Source: Ascidiella aspersa (lineage: Eukaryota). Taken from it: 64,000 nt of DNA. Position 1 is the stretch's first letter; each line of letters starts with the position of its first letter. Positions 27,368 through 39,700 of this stretch are shown piece after piece. The notes under the pieces are model-generated. The model searched no databases. It worked only from the letters and a program-made list of their open reading frames with translations, and was not told where the DNA came from. The stretch is taken from the NCBI GenBank assembly GCA_963924565.1, contig OZ004608.1:17360001-17424000 (forward strand), in the 5' to 3' direction. The position numbers and the translations under genes are program-made.

Positions 27368-27628
27368 TTAATTATGTTTCTGGTCCATCTCGTTGACCAT
27401 CTCAACAAGTTGCTGTGCCTCCTCGGGCATTATGTCTTCACCCATTTCAGGAGAGCTCTCGCTTTCAGCATCTTCCTCATTCACATCACCATCGTAGTGG
27501 TAGTAGTAACGTCTCCTAGAGTAGTACCTTCTTCAGGAATAGTACCTTCGCCTGCGCGACCACCATCCCTCAACATTCACGGTAGAGACTGCCAACAATA
27601 GTACCAAAAGCAAGAAGAGCTTGTTCAT
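27368..27628 (-). CDS. Secreted host-defence-peptide-like precursor (signal, R/Y/W-rich peptide, acidic propiece) interrupted by an in-frame TGA at codon 32; nonsense allele, pseudogene or recoding
   Basis: Translation MNKLFLLLVLLLAVSTVNVEG|WWSRRRRYYS*RRYYSRRRYYYHY|DGDVNEEDAESESSPEMGEDIMPEEAQQLVEMVNEMDQKHN*. The ATG follows a strong acceptor directly (ttttctcttctcttttttag). TGA at 27535-27533, final TAA at 27370-27368. Confidence 0.8.
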
Positions 27629-27894
27629 CTAAAAAAGAGAAGAGAAAAAGCCTTCAGTATGATATTCTCGGAAATATTAGGTTATGTGCGACAAATATTA
27701 TGCCTTAACATTTACGGTGAAGACAACCAACAATACTACCAAAATATATAGAGCTTGGTTATTTAAAAATGACAAACAAAAAAACATTAAGTTTGATTTT
27801 ATGGTTATAACCTTTGTTTTAACCCATTGGTAATTTAAGAACTGCAACATCAATTTCAAAATATTAAACGAATTCTTTCCTCGCCAGAACTTAC

Positions 27895-27951
27895 CTTGAA
27901 GTGCTGGAGCAGATGAATAGTGTCTGAAATTCTTTTTCAACCTTTTATATA
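27895..27951 (-). promoter_or_regulatory. TATA box, initiator and short non-coding exon 1 of the peptide gene
   Basis: Minus-strand TATATAAAAGG (27951-27941), Inr-like TTTCAGAC ~26 nt downstream, then a ~30-nt exon ending CAAG|GTAAGT at 27895. The intron runs to the AG immediately before the ATG at 27628. Confidence 0.7.
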
Positions 27952-28292
27952 GCGAATATTGATAAAATGGAATACCCAAAACTAAACATAATTTTGATAA
28001 TTTGAATAAAGGCATAAAACAATGCCTTATTTATACTAAGAAATTGAGAGACCGAGGATAAACTCGACATCCAACTTTTTTGAACAATGGATCACTATTT
28101 GTGAATCTCTTTTTTTTTGCGGACCGCAATACAATAAAAGGTAAGTTACTGAACTTTAAAGGTAAGTTACTAAACTCATCAAATGGCAGTGTAATTAACT
28201 ACACAATTGAATGATCCAATAAAGGCACTTATTGAAAGGGTACGTACTGTACAAGGTATATGTGTGACTTTTTAATTTCTTGTCATATCGCC

Positions 28293-28357
28293 ACAGACCA
28301 CCTGTGCAGTCGTCGCGGACCACCAATGGTCCGCGGACCACAGTTTGGAAAACGCTG
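28293..28357. mobile_element. hAT MITE terminal fragment
   Basis: cgcggaccac..ggtccgcggaccacagtttggaaaacgctg, a typical Charlie-like end. Partner end not identified. Confidence 0.55.
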
Positions 28358-29974
28358 GTCTAGTCTATGTATTTTCTTTCTAATAAAACGAAGACAGAAT
28401 CGCTAATTTAGTATTTGTTCACAAATTACTCTTGTTGCACATACTTTTCAATATATCTCAGATATTGGTAAACGTTTTATAAGCTGCCCTTGTTTTGATG
28501 AATTACAGTTTGCCAAAAACAACCCCAGCCCGACTCCAGTCTAATTTGTCTACTTAGGCTTCTACTCTAAAACCCTGTATATATAACCATCCACCTAATT
28601 TTAAAAAATATCAAACAATCTACCTTTAGGGGTGTCATATAACTTATCCACCTACAATACGTGGTTTAAAAACTCCTTAAGCTTTTTCACCTTGAAAATG
28701 TATAGTTTGCGGCTGTTTAATACTGCGCATGCGCACGTCGGGATCGGGAATCGTGTCTCGGTTTATCTTTCGAAGTCATACTTTGCGCGAACTTATTCTT
28801 TCTGTTTCAATTGTGATTTGCTTGCCCCATGGTTACGGTAACTAAATTAGTCGAGCAAAGTTTTTCATGCCTGGCCTGTCTTGCCTAAAATTTTCGACTG
28901 ATTTGATTAGACTCTTCTTCCGGTGAAATATGATACGACTTCCGGTGTAATATGATACAAGTTGTTAATACTGATCAAAACGACGACTTTTGAAGGTCGA
29001 GATCACAGGCTTTGTACAGGTTTTGGTGAGTACATTGTATACAAAGTTACTAAAGGGGTACAACGGAAAAATATGGTTGAACAGCTCAGATCTTAGGCTG
29101 TAGCTTTGCCTAAAACAATTAACAAACACTTTGCACATGTTTTTTTCAGACTTTTAATATAGAAATAAACCAGTAGAAGGTACTTATTAACAATTTGGTT
29201 AAGTGTAGTTTACAGCATCAGATGGAGATCTTTCCTATCATTTGATATTTTCAAACAGTAGGCGAATTGAAACTGAAAAATAAACCATGAGCAAATTGAA
29301 CACTGTTTTCAGAAAAGTAAAGTGGAAACTGGTACTTTTTATTGAACCACTTCCACATGGGCTTTATATTTCTACTCAATTTTATTGAAAATAATTGGAA
29401 TTTTGTCAGCGTTTTCGGAATGTCGAAAAACAACCTATAATTATATCCAATTTTATTCGCAAAATTCGTTTATCTGTTTTAACCACATTATTGTTTTTTA
29501 TTTTATAAAGGCCATCTCTATTTCCACTTATTAGAGTTAGCATATACAAAACGACGTGGAGCTAAATTGCAAAAATTATCTCAACACAATTGCAACAAAA
29601 TATTAACAAATTCACTGTCAACTTACTTTACATCACAGTGTTAATTCAAGAGCTTTAACGGGTAAATAATAAAGAGGTTTGACTAACAAGCATCACAAGG
29701 GTTTGCGAAGTCATGTTGAAAACCACATATTTGAGTGAAAAATAACTAATATTGTGACACCGGAGATTTGCAATACTACGACAGAGCTACCTAATGAAGG
29801 CCACCTCTCCTTGTGGACCTCTGGTTAAGTTACACCGATCTAGGTTGTGGTAATTTAAAAGTTTGCCAATTTTATAAGAATTTTTATTTCTTGCAACAAA
29901 TGGAGTATTTTCCATATGCTAAAACTGTTTTAGTACCACCAAATGTATAGATGCAATGTTTTTAAATAGCTCTA

Positions 29975-30038
29975 TGGCCCACTTAAAATAGACTCATGGT
30001 CCACTGCTGCGCCATGGCCCACAGTTTGGGAACCACTG
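29975..30038. mobile_element. hAT MITE terminal fragment
   Basis: atggcccac..ggcccacagtttgggaaccactg. Partner end not identified. Confidence 0.55.
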
Positions 30039-30538
30039 GTCTGATATATATTGTTGTTTTTAAATGGTGTTGCCTCGATAAAAGTACATGAAATTTAATC
30101 ATTTGTTTTAGTTCAATCCTAATTGTATGGAACCAGAAGAGTTTTTTACGAATAAAACCAAATGACGTCCTTGGATTTAAATAGACATTGGGTTTTCCAA
30201 AGAATCCCCAATGATTTTTTCAATTTGCGTTTGTAATAACTAAATTCACCGGTAATATTGGGCGATTTTCCAATAATGAATCTCATCAAGAAATTTGTAA
30301 TGTTGATTTTCTAAGAAATATACTCACCACTGGCTACGCGGATATTTGAAAAGGAATTTGGGTTTTTCTAGTCTATCAATTTCAAAGTATAATTGGGGCA
30401 TTGTATATTGTCTTATTCAGTTAGAAAAAATACACAGCTCGCACCCTAATCCAAATAATGTTAGCAATATAAACCTCGGACTAAAATGTGGTGGGATTCT
30501 AGATCAGAGCCAAATTACGTTTAGATTACTGTTTAGAG

Positions 30539-31826
30539 CAGCGTTTCAGCAGCGTTTCTCAACCGGTGCGCCGCGGGAAAATGGGAAAAAATGTTACAAA
30601 AATTCTGTATTATTTTAGAATTTGCGACTAAAAGTGGATTCCAGCAATAAGAACAAAATTAGAGTAACATCAACATCGGAATAAAACACAGTTCGGAATA
30701 AGATCGAAAAGGACCAATAGATAACATACCCAAACTCCTATCGGACCAACAGTCCAGTTTCAAAACAGCGTCTACAAACACCGCCGTTTAAAAAACATAG
30801 CCGTTATAAGGCGGTGGTGGCGCCTAATCGTTTTATATCCATTTCCTGCGGATGAGGATGTTATTTAGGCCACTTGGATCTTATACCAAAAATGTATTGG
30901 GTTTTATTATGGCGTTGGTCGATTCTGGAATTCAAAGTTAAAATTTTAAATGACATATTCCAACATTTGAATAGTTTAAAATTGTCAATGCAGAATCAAA
31001 TTGAAAACACTCATCCACAGATAAAATTAAAGCTTTTCTTAAAAAAATAGGGACTTGGAGAGGGAAAGTTATAGGCTATTTGGAGATGATTCTTTAATCA
31101 AAGATGACCATTCAAATTTATCTTTTTTAATAAAGGACTATGTTTGTAAATAAACTCTAGTCACTATTTTCTGTGAATAAACCCTGAGTAATATGACTGG
31201 ATTCGTATCCCCTGTTGAAGTTCAAATGGTTGATGTTGGCTTTCGCTAACAAAGAAAGAGGGACTATTGCAACATGTATCTAGCGGGGCTTTCGCCATAA
31301 GACCGCAATTTAAACAAAATCAACTTTGGCATAAAAAAAAGTTCGGAATAAGACCAAAATAGGACTAATACCCAATACTCGTAATAATGTTTAAATCAAA
31401 ATAAGACCTAAATTCGTCCCAATAAGGCCTAAATTGCAAGAATAAGGTCTTTTCGACCTTTTACTTAACCCCAAACTCCACCCATAACTTCAACACTAAC
31501 TCCCCCAATAATTTGAACCATAAACCAAATTCTTATTCTACTCATTACTCGCGCCTAACCCCAAACAGAGGCAACCAATGCAGTGCCAAAAACAGCGGCG
31601 CCCTAACGGCATTTTAAACTAGGGAACCCAAACGTCGACACCAAAACGGCCGATGCTAAGAATATGTCCCTTAACCGTCCCAGGCCATACCCTGTTTTTA
31701 ATGTTTTGGGCTTTATTTTGTCCATTTAGGTCTTTAAATTAGCAGTCGACTCGCTCGTCACATGCGCCGCCGCGTTTTGAAAGGTTTACGAGTGCGCCCT
31801 GGGGTGAAAAATGTTGAGAAACACTG
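30539..31826. mobile_element. Composite hAT-like non-autonomous element with nested repeat fragments
   Basis: Ends cagcgtttc(agcagcgtttc)tcaacc...gttgagaaacactg, TSD gtttagag/gtttagaa. Internal gttcggaataaga motifs (~30691, ~31341) resemble 25965-25980 on the opposite strand. Confidence 0.65.
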
Positions 31827-32542
31827 GTTTAGAATCTAGACTGTGGAGGTGCTGTAAGGAATGCTCTTTCATGTGCCAATTGAAGTGTATTTATTGTATT
31901 TGCCAGGTACACTTTATAGCCTCTTTTCTTCGTATAGAAATCATCGAACGTAATCTATATTTATGAAATTAGCATGTTAAACAATAAGTACGTTTAACTG
32001 ATGTCATAGCAGGGCACCTATGGGACATAAACAATGTTAAAGAATACGTTGCAACATGACGTCACAAGGGTGACGCAATACAACGGCAAGGATTAAGTTC
32101 GCGGGGGATGCAAGGAGCAAGCTCGTACAACGAAAGCTGTGATAAAACTGCTTCCTTTTTGTTATCGGATATTACATATTGTTGAACGTATTGCGACGTG
32201 AATCAAAAGCATTTCTTTGCCGCGAAAATGGTTTCATAATACGAAAGAGTTGCACATTGTCGATACTATTAGCCTATCTCGACTATACATGGCTTGATTT
32301 AAGTGGTCAGAAACCTGAAATAAGATTTGCGCCATACCAAGTAAAGTATAAAGCACGCTTCGCTTGCTAAAGTATAAAGTGGCGTATTTAAATATTTGAA
32401 ATTACACTTAATATATTTTTTGAAGGGGTTTGGCTCGTGACTTTATGATCTACTCCTAAAACCAAAATGTGACACTCCTATCAGTCGTAAAAAAAACAAA
32501 AATATACGTAAGTAATTAAGTATATCTACAACACAGAAGTAC

Positions 32543-32864
32543 CGGAGAGTCCAACATAATGTCGTCGTTGAAATAAAGAAACTCTTCGCTTAGTCCCGGA
32601 ATCTCGTGAAAATGAACTTCTATTGCTGGCGAGCTAAATGTTGGCAAATGCGACGCGTCTTTAAATATCTCAGAGTGGAAAACCTTTGAGGAAGAAAAGT
32701 CCTATTATAGACTTATTAACACGTTAAGTGTTACAAAGGTATATATTTGAGAAGATATTTCGTAATGAAATTAAATATTTAAAATTTCTAGTTATTTCTT
32801 TTCCCACCATTTTAACTCTTGGGTTGCTTGTGTTCAACCAGCATAGGACCTGTCCGTTTGTGAC
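32543..32864 (-). pseudogene. Truncated tandem paralog of the Stealth gene (part of exon 4 and all of exon 5)
   Basis: 32864-32808 encodes [19 protein letters not shown]|gtggga. 32683-32543 encodes [47 protein letters not shown] (141 nt, same length as exon 5 at 39160-39020). The 5' part of exon 4 and the other exons were not found. Confidence 0.85.
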
Positions 32865-33909
32865 TTAACTTTGTTGAACAGTTAATGTGAATTTTCAATC
32901 TAGTTTATTGTATCGTTACAGTTACCCACTCAGCAAAAGTACGAGCAAGGGTGCCGCGAACTATTTATAATTTCTGTACGGTGCCGCAAGCCATAAAATG
33001 TTGTGAGCACTGAATTAATAGTTGTGACACACTAATTTTCCAGAAATCAAGGTTAAGATCTTTACAATACGAGGCTTGTAACGATGTTTTCTTTTTGAAA
33101 AATAAATTAAATTGTAATTTCTAAAAAAAATACACCTGTCCTAGTCTATTGCGTACAATCAAGAAATACCTGTCTTATTTACGTTTTTCCTGTTTTTCTA
33201 CGGACAATTAGACTGTAACTTTAAAATATAACAAAATTCCGCCAGGAAAAATAAATTCTGGAAACCTCACGAAACACTCTTAGACTGGGTTACATGGACC
33301 CCTCTAGGGACGCGGGCCAATTTTAAGGGGTTAATGAGAGGGACTATTGAAAAATTTAAGTGTCACATGCACTGAAGGTTTTCTAACTTTACTGGATTTA
33401 TGACATCAATTGAAAAAATAAACTAAATGTGCCTTTCCTAAAAACTAGTTTTTTTAAACAAAAACTTTTTCTCTTTTCTCAGCACGATCGTAGCAAACAT
33501 AAATATGAAAAAATACTGAGTTTAAACTGATTGTTATATTTCTGCTTGACTTGTCTATCACCAAAAACGCACTGCAATGTAGCAGAAAATAATTTTACCT
33601 AATTTGTTTTGCTTCTCTGTTGTACTTCAGTTTTGGAAAAGCCAATAGGGCAACGTTCTAAAACAAAAGTCTTTTTTTGCCGTTGACCACCGTCATTACT
33701 GCTTGCGAAAAAGTGCAAAAATGGTGATAAATAATCAAATTTATTAAAAAAAGGATAACAAAAAACACTTAATTTCAATGACTTAAGTTTAAGTCTAGTT
33801 CTTTGTCAAAAATACTTGAGTCAAGTCAATAGCATTTTTACCGAAACTACTTAAGTCAAGTCAATATATTTAAAATGGTGACAACACTGTTGTTTATTAA
33901 TCGCCAGAC

Positions 33910-35764
33910 GCCTGAATACCAAAGCCCGTCAAAGCCTTGCGGGCCGCAGTCGGGGAAACTCCAAAGTAATCAATAAACTGCAAGTTTTACTCTATATTAA
34001 ATAAGCGAGTTTACCGAACTAATTAGCCAAGAGCGGTGTTTTTTTACATTAGGGAAATATAGATAAGGCACAAACAAAATAACCAAACAATTTATTATTT
34101 CTTTCTTTTGATTACTGCTTCAATGTCAGCATTGATTTCAGTTGTCGACAATCGTAAGCAGGCATTCAGCGTTTCATCAGCTATTCTGTTTCGTACATCA
34201 CTTTTTATCCGCTTCATAATTGAGACAGTACTTTCGCAAATGTAGGTACTATCAAATATGGAACACATCTTCAGTGCAAGTTCTCTTAAGAGTGGAAACT
34301 GCTCGTAGCTTACAAGTTTCCAAAAGGTGTCGTAACGCTACTTTTTTCTTGACAAAAGAAAAGGATCAGATTGCAGTTCACATAATTCTTGTTGGACATA
34401 AGACGGTTGAGACTTAGTATCTACTTCCAGTGGATTATTGAAAAGCTCCAATTCTGCTTTCAGTGAATCAAAGTCAGCGAATCTGCTGCTAAACTCGTCA
34501 ATAATGTCACGTATTTTCTCGGAAAATATGACGAAATCAATATTTTTTCTTCACCAAGTAATTCACAGCATGAAGGAAAATGAGTAGCATCATTTCTTTG
34601 CAAATAAGTCTTGAATAATAGAAGTTTCTTGCGAAAACCTTCAACACATCCCACCATTTGAGATATGTTTTGTTTCTTACCTTGCAACTTCATGTTTAGG
34701 ATGTTCAAGTGATTAGTAATATCAGTCAAGAATGCCAGTGAACCTATAAACTTATCATCATTCAATTGAATCACGTATTCAGGAAACCCTCCTATTTCAT
34801 TCTGGATAAAAGTCAAAATTTATTTTCTCAAAGAAAAAAAGCATTTCAGTGTTTTGCCTGCACTTAATCATCGGATGTGGGAGAATAGTGCTTCTTGGTG
34901 AAGGATGCAATGAAATGTTAGGCAGTCCACGCCATGACTTTTAAGAATGCCAACCAGGCAATTTCTCCTTCCTGTCATTGCCCTGGCACCATCTGTTGCA
35001 ACACATGAACATTTCTCAAAACCTCCATATGCATCAACGACAGAGGCGAGGCTGTTATAAATGTCCAAGCTTTTTGTAGTCCCATGAAGTGGAACTGTCT
35101 TGAGCAGTTCTTCGCAAACAACAAAGTTTTTATCAATAGTGCGGATGAAAATTAGGAGTTGACTAATGTCACTGATATCAGTACTTTCATCTAATTCTAA
35201 GGCCAGAGAGAAGAACTTGCACTGCTGAACAAATTCTTTTAATTGTGAAGTTACATTGTCGCTTAACTCAACCACTTTTCTCGCAACGGTTTGATGGGAT
35301 AAAGACACATTTTCAATTATTTTGGCAATTTTTTATCTCCAAATGCAAGAGCCATCTTAATTGCACATTCTTTTATGATCTCCCCGTCACGAAAAGCCTT
35401 ACCATGCTTAGCGAGCGTTAATGTAACTTCATATGATGCTTTCATGTTTGCGGTTGAATCATTTTTGGCAAAATTGGAAATCATATTTTTTGTTTGAAGA
35501 AGTTACCCTTCAGTTCTTTTAAAATTGCTTCCCGAGAAGTTTCGTGGTATTTTCCGTATTTTCCTCATGTTTGGTGTTGTAATGTCGTTTCAAATTTAAC
35601 TCTTTCGGAACAGATAATACTTGAAAGCACACCAAACACTGTGGTTTACCATTGTTGTCGCCAAACAAATAAGTTTCCTCCCAGTTAGAATTAAACACTC
35701 TGTTTTCCTCTGTCACCCTTTTTTTGCCGCATGCGGCCCGCGTGCCAGGGTTTGGACCACCCTG
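33910..35764 (-). mobile_element. Decayed hAT (SPIN/Charlie/Buster, GTF2IRD2-like) DNA transposon with fragmented transposase
   Basis: Fragments ENRVFNSNWEETYLF..GKPQCLVC..KELNLKRHY (BED-type zinc finger), FSLALELDESTDISDISQLLIFIR, ATDGARAM, HCILHQEAL, LAFLTDITNHLNILNMKLQGK, with frameshifts and stops. Terminal cagggtggtccaaac starts at 35764. The other end is uncertain. Confidence 0.9.
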
Positions 35765-36721
35765 GTTTATTTATTCTGCTATTAATTCAAATACTAAATA
35801 TGTGAAAACAGTGGACAAATGTTTCGCGATTGTTGTTTATTTAGTGATACTTTTTAAGGTCTCTGTAGCGTTTGGAAGTTATTTTCCTACTTTTCGCTTC
35901 TACATTATATTTAAAATAGGTTCGTCTGGCATATATTTCTTGAACCAACGTTCTGGCTTACTATACGGCAAGCCTTCGTCAGGGACACACACAGCCAAAA
36001 GGACGCAAATAAAAATGACACAAAGAAAAAAGGAGCAAATCAGTGGTTATCTTTTAGCACCTGTCGGTACGGCGCTGGAAACAAAACGTCCGTTTTGATG
36101 TTCATGGTATCGGGCCTTTGGTGTAGGCTATATGCCAGCACACGTCTCTTTTCCAGTTAATCAAAAATTACACCTAGTCGTACCGAAAAGTAGTTGATAT
36201 TTTTTAGTAACTATACGAATTTTTTGACGTCACAGTAACGATTCAACGTTTAGAATACGACCCGCGGCCTGTCATTGGAGTAGACCTGAATAAGACGAAA
36301 GTTTGCTTTACTCAAATTAATTGTCGCAATCGCTTGGAATGTATTTATCACAATATGACGTAACTCTGTGATCTCTGATGACCAGGTTTTTTTAAGGTTT
36401 GGTTTGGGTGACCGCTAAGTAGTTTTAAGAGACCGCAAGTGTTTCATTTAAATACCAAAAAGTTGCAAGTCCAAAATTTGGAAAACCGCTGGAGAAATTT
36501 GGGGGACACCCTAAAAAAAACACTGCTGATGACTGTCAAGCGTTGCGGTACAAAAAATTTTAACCCCTAGTAATAAGGAGGAAATGCCAAACAACGTATC
36601 GATTTAATTTCATTTTTGAGAAATCATTGCAACACAGATTTTATTTAGGAAAAAAACTATTGCAGTATAAAGCTAAAAAACGAAAGATAAACAATAATAA
36701 GTTATAACAATCTTCCTATCG

Positions 36722-39700
36722 TCAAGGTCTATCCATCTTTTCAAAAGCAGAAGGATATGGTAATGTTTTCTGAAGGTATAGATTTAGTCCCTTTATAGCC
36801 ATCACGGAGGAAAAACTAAAATAAACATAAATATAAGAATAAAAAATAAAATTTGAACATCCGCTGATATTACTTTAGTGGCTTAACTAAACCCAAGCCT
36901 ATGTAAAAAAAACGATGTTTCACTTTATAGAGCAGTATTTGTAAATTTTGGCAGGCCATTATTTAATCCTTGAATATTAAATTGATTATTCGCTCAATTC
37001 AATAGATAACAATTTATTGTTATTTTGTTATTATTAATATTTCTTGCATTATGGTTTTTAATAGATTAGATAGCGCAGGGGGTCGCAACCACTCATAAAA
37101 ACATTTATCTGATTACTGTTTTCAAGACTAGAATTGCCCTTAAAACGTTTTATACCTGTTGTAATCGATGACATCATTCAAACAATAAAATTTTGTTGGC
37201 TCTAAGGCTTTTAAAGCGGCCTCGTTTGCCTTGTAGTCATTTCCGATTGAGAAATACCGTTGATCACTTGAATACTAAAAATAAAACGTAATAATTTAAC
37301 TTATTTATTTCGTCCTATTTCGCTCTCGTAAAACAAAATCTACTAACTGTTTTTGCATATGTATTGCTTCCGGCGCTTTATAGTTCGGGGTTTAAATATT
37401 AATCTTATAAAAATTCATGAATTATAATGTTTACCAAATATTCTGTTTAAAGTACTTGTAAAAGTTGGCACTAGTAGAAGTAAAAACTTGAATAAGATTA
37501 AAAAATAAGTAGTTGTATTGTTATATTAGCGTCAAATTAACAACCTGTATTTCTTTCGTTGGTAGACCCTCGTACACCAGAAAAGAAAAGTACGAGAGTG
37601 GGACTTGGACATCGTCTGAACATCGAAACTTATGTGAAGAAGTGGCGTCGTAGAAGGTTTTCAGTTTTTCTTGCAATCGTGTCATGATCGAGCTATGGGC
37701 CAAAGAGGCGAAGTTATTAACCAGGGACGCTGGGAGCGGTTTTAGAAGGGGCACGAGCAAATTGTATTCCAATTATTTGATAGTTAATGTACGACTTCAG
37801 ACAATGTCATGTATTTTTTCTACAACGTGAGCAGGCGGGACAAAATGGTGAGAAGGGGTTTACGACTTACGAAGGTTAAAAGGTAGCGAACATCTAAACT
37901 TACTAAAGTCATTTTATAATCAACTGTCAAACATGTTGCTGCGGTAAATATTATTATTATTAAGGCAACAACTCAGACTCTCTTATTTTTTATATGAATA
38001 ATTAGTACGTCAGAACTGTAGAGTTTCTTACTATACTTTCACTTTTTTCTCTTTTTACATCGTTTAACGCAAAAACAAACACGCTGCCAACAAAGTGCAT
38101 CGAGTGCTCTTACCGGTTGATTAGGTGCGGAACATGCGCCATTTGTCGTCGAACGTCAAACTTCAAGTAAGTTTTGAACAAGTAGGCGACATAACGCACA
38201 GAATCAAAATATGTATTATCTAACCTTCAACAAAAAATATTTTATTCAGTTTTCATGTTGTGTCAAACATACGAGCCAAAAACAAGCATTAAACATAAAA
38301 AGTAGTACTTACAGACAGGCTGCATCTATTAACCACATCATATGTCTTACTGTTTTTTTGTATCCGATAATACTTCCTGTTTGAATTTTGCTTTATTAAT
38401 CAAGTCAAGGTGTGGAATTGGGTCCGACGAGTAAATCTTATAACCCATATCCATTGTGTAGAAATCAGCCAAAGTAATCTAAACAATATTAGTTTATCAC
38501 CATTGAAATTTATGGAGCTTTTTCAGAGAGATTTAACATCATGCTGAGGTGTTTGTTAGAATATAGGCAGTGTTGGGACTCAAGTTGTTCGCATCAGTTC
38601 GTTCAAGAATAAAAGCTGGAAAACCGTTTTTTAAAAGTAAAAAAACTTACTTCTGATCTTTACCCATTATTTAGCTTCTTATATTCATTCAAAACGCATT
38701 TAAAACGATTCTGCTGCAAACGACTTTTTCTAGACTAGATTTGCTTGATTACCATATTCCGCCTATAACCCTAAAACCTACACGAGTAGAAATACACAAC
38801 GAAGGACAAACCTGACAAAATGCTTAACGTATTTTAAATAAGGCTTTGAATATAATCACAATTTTAAGAATACTGGTACATAAAATAAATCATTTTTGTG
38901 AGTTTACACCTCGAAGAAAACTTCTAAAATTTTGTTTATAAGAAATCTGCAGATAAACCGCACGGGTAAACATATAAAACTATTCGCATTAAAGCATAAC
39001 AAATCGTAACTTTACGTACCGGAGCTCCCAAGATTATGTCGTCGTTGAAGTATAGAAACTCTTGGCTGAGTCCAGGAATCTTATGCAAATGAACCTCTAT
39101 CGCTGGTGAACTGAAAGTGGGCAGATGCGAAGCATTTCCAAATATCTCGGAGTGAAAGATCTATTTAAAAATGGTACATATAACTGTATAACGACAGCAA
39201 ACCCATTTGATATTACTAACCATCGATACAAGTACATCAAATTAGTGCGGATTACAAGGAAACTATTGGCCTACCCCTATCATTATTACACGGATTTTTT
39301 ATTAACACTTATCGTTAATCCTCGAACTTTTTAGGCTTGCGGTAAAATATCACATATATTCATAATTAAATAAAAATTTCTATTGTTGGCAGGTTAAGTG
39401 ATTTTTTAACCAGGCGAGCACACAATTTTCTTGAAATCGATTATTTTCCTATATAACAAAAAGTTTGGCGCCAAACTTTAGAATATCTCGAGGCACACAG
39501 TTTGAGTTTGCATTTCTTATTATCTAAAAGCTTTTGTACACCTCGGTAATGGAAAGCTTTTGATATTGCAAGACATCATTTTTGTACTGGGTGTTTGGCC
39601 TACAAGCTGACATGTTTTGTATTTTATATTAATTTCGATAAAACGTTTTTCTTACACTAAATGTGAGAGAATCCTATAAGCTACATAAATATCAATTTAA

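Noticed and set aside
27374-27601. + strand 75-aa ORF
   Set aside because: Antisense shadow of the peptide gene. The splice, TATA and signal-peptide evidence is all on the - strand.
29200-30400. Possible degraded coding fragments on the - strand
   Set aside because: Stop-interrupted, no recognisable motif and no consistent exon chain.
38651-38811. Possible extra Stealth exon (good-looking acceptor and donor; faint similarity to 32180-32315)
   Set aside because: Stops in all three frames, and the true next exon (38478-38351) continues the GNPTAB-like alignment.
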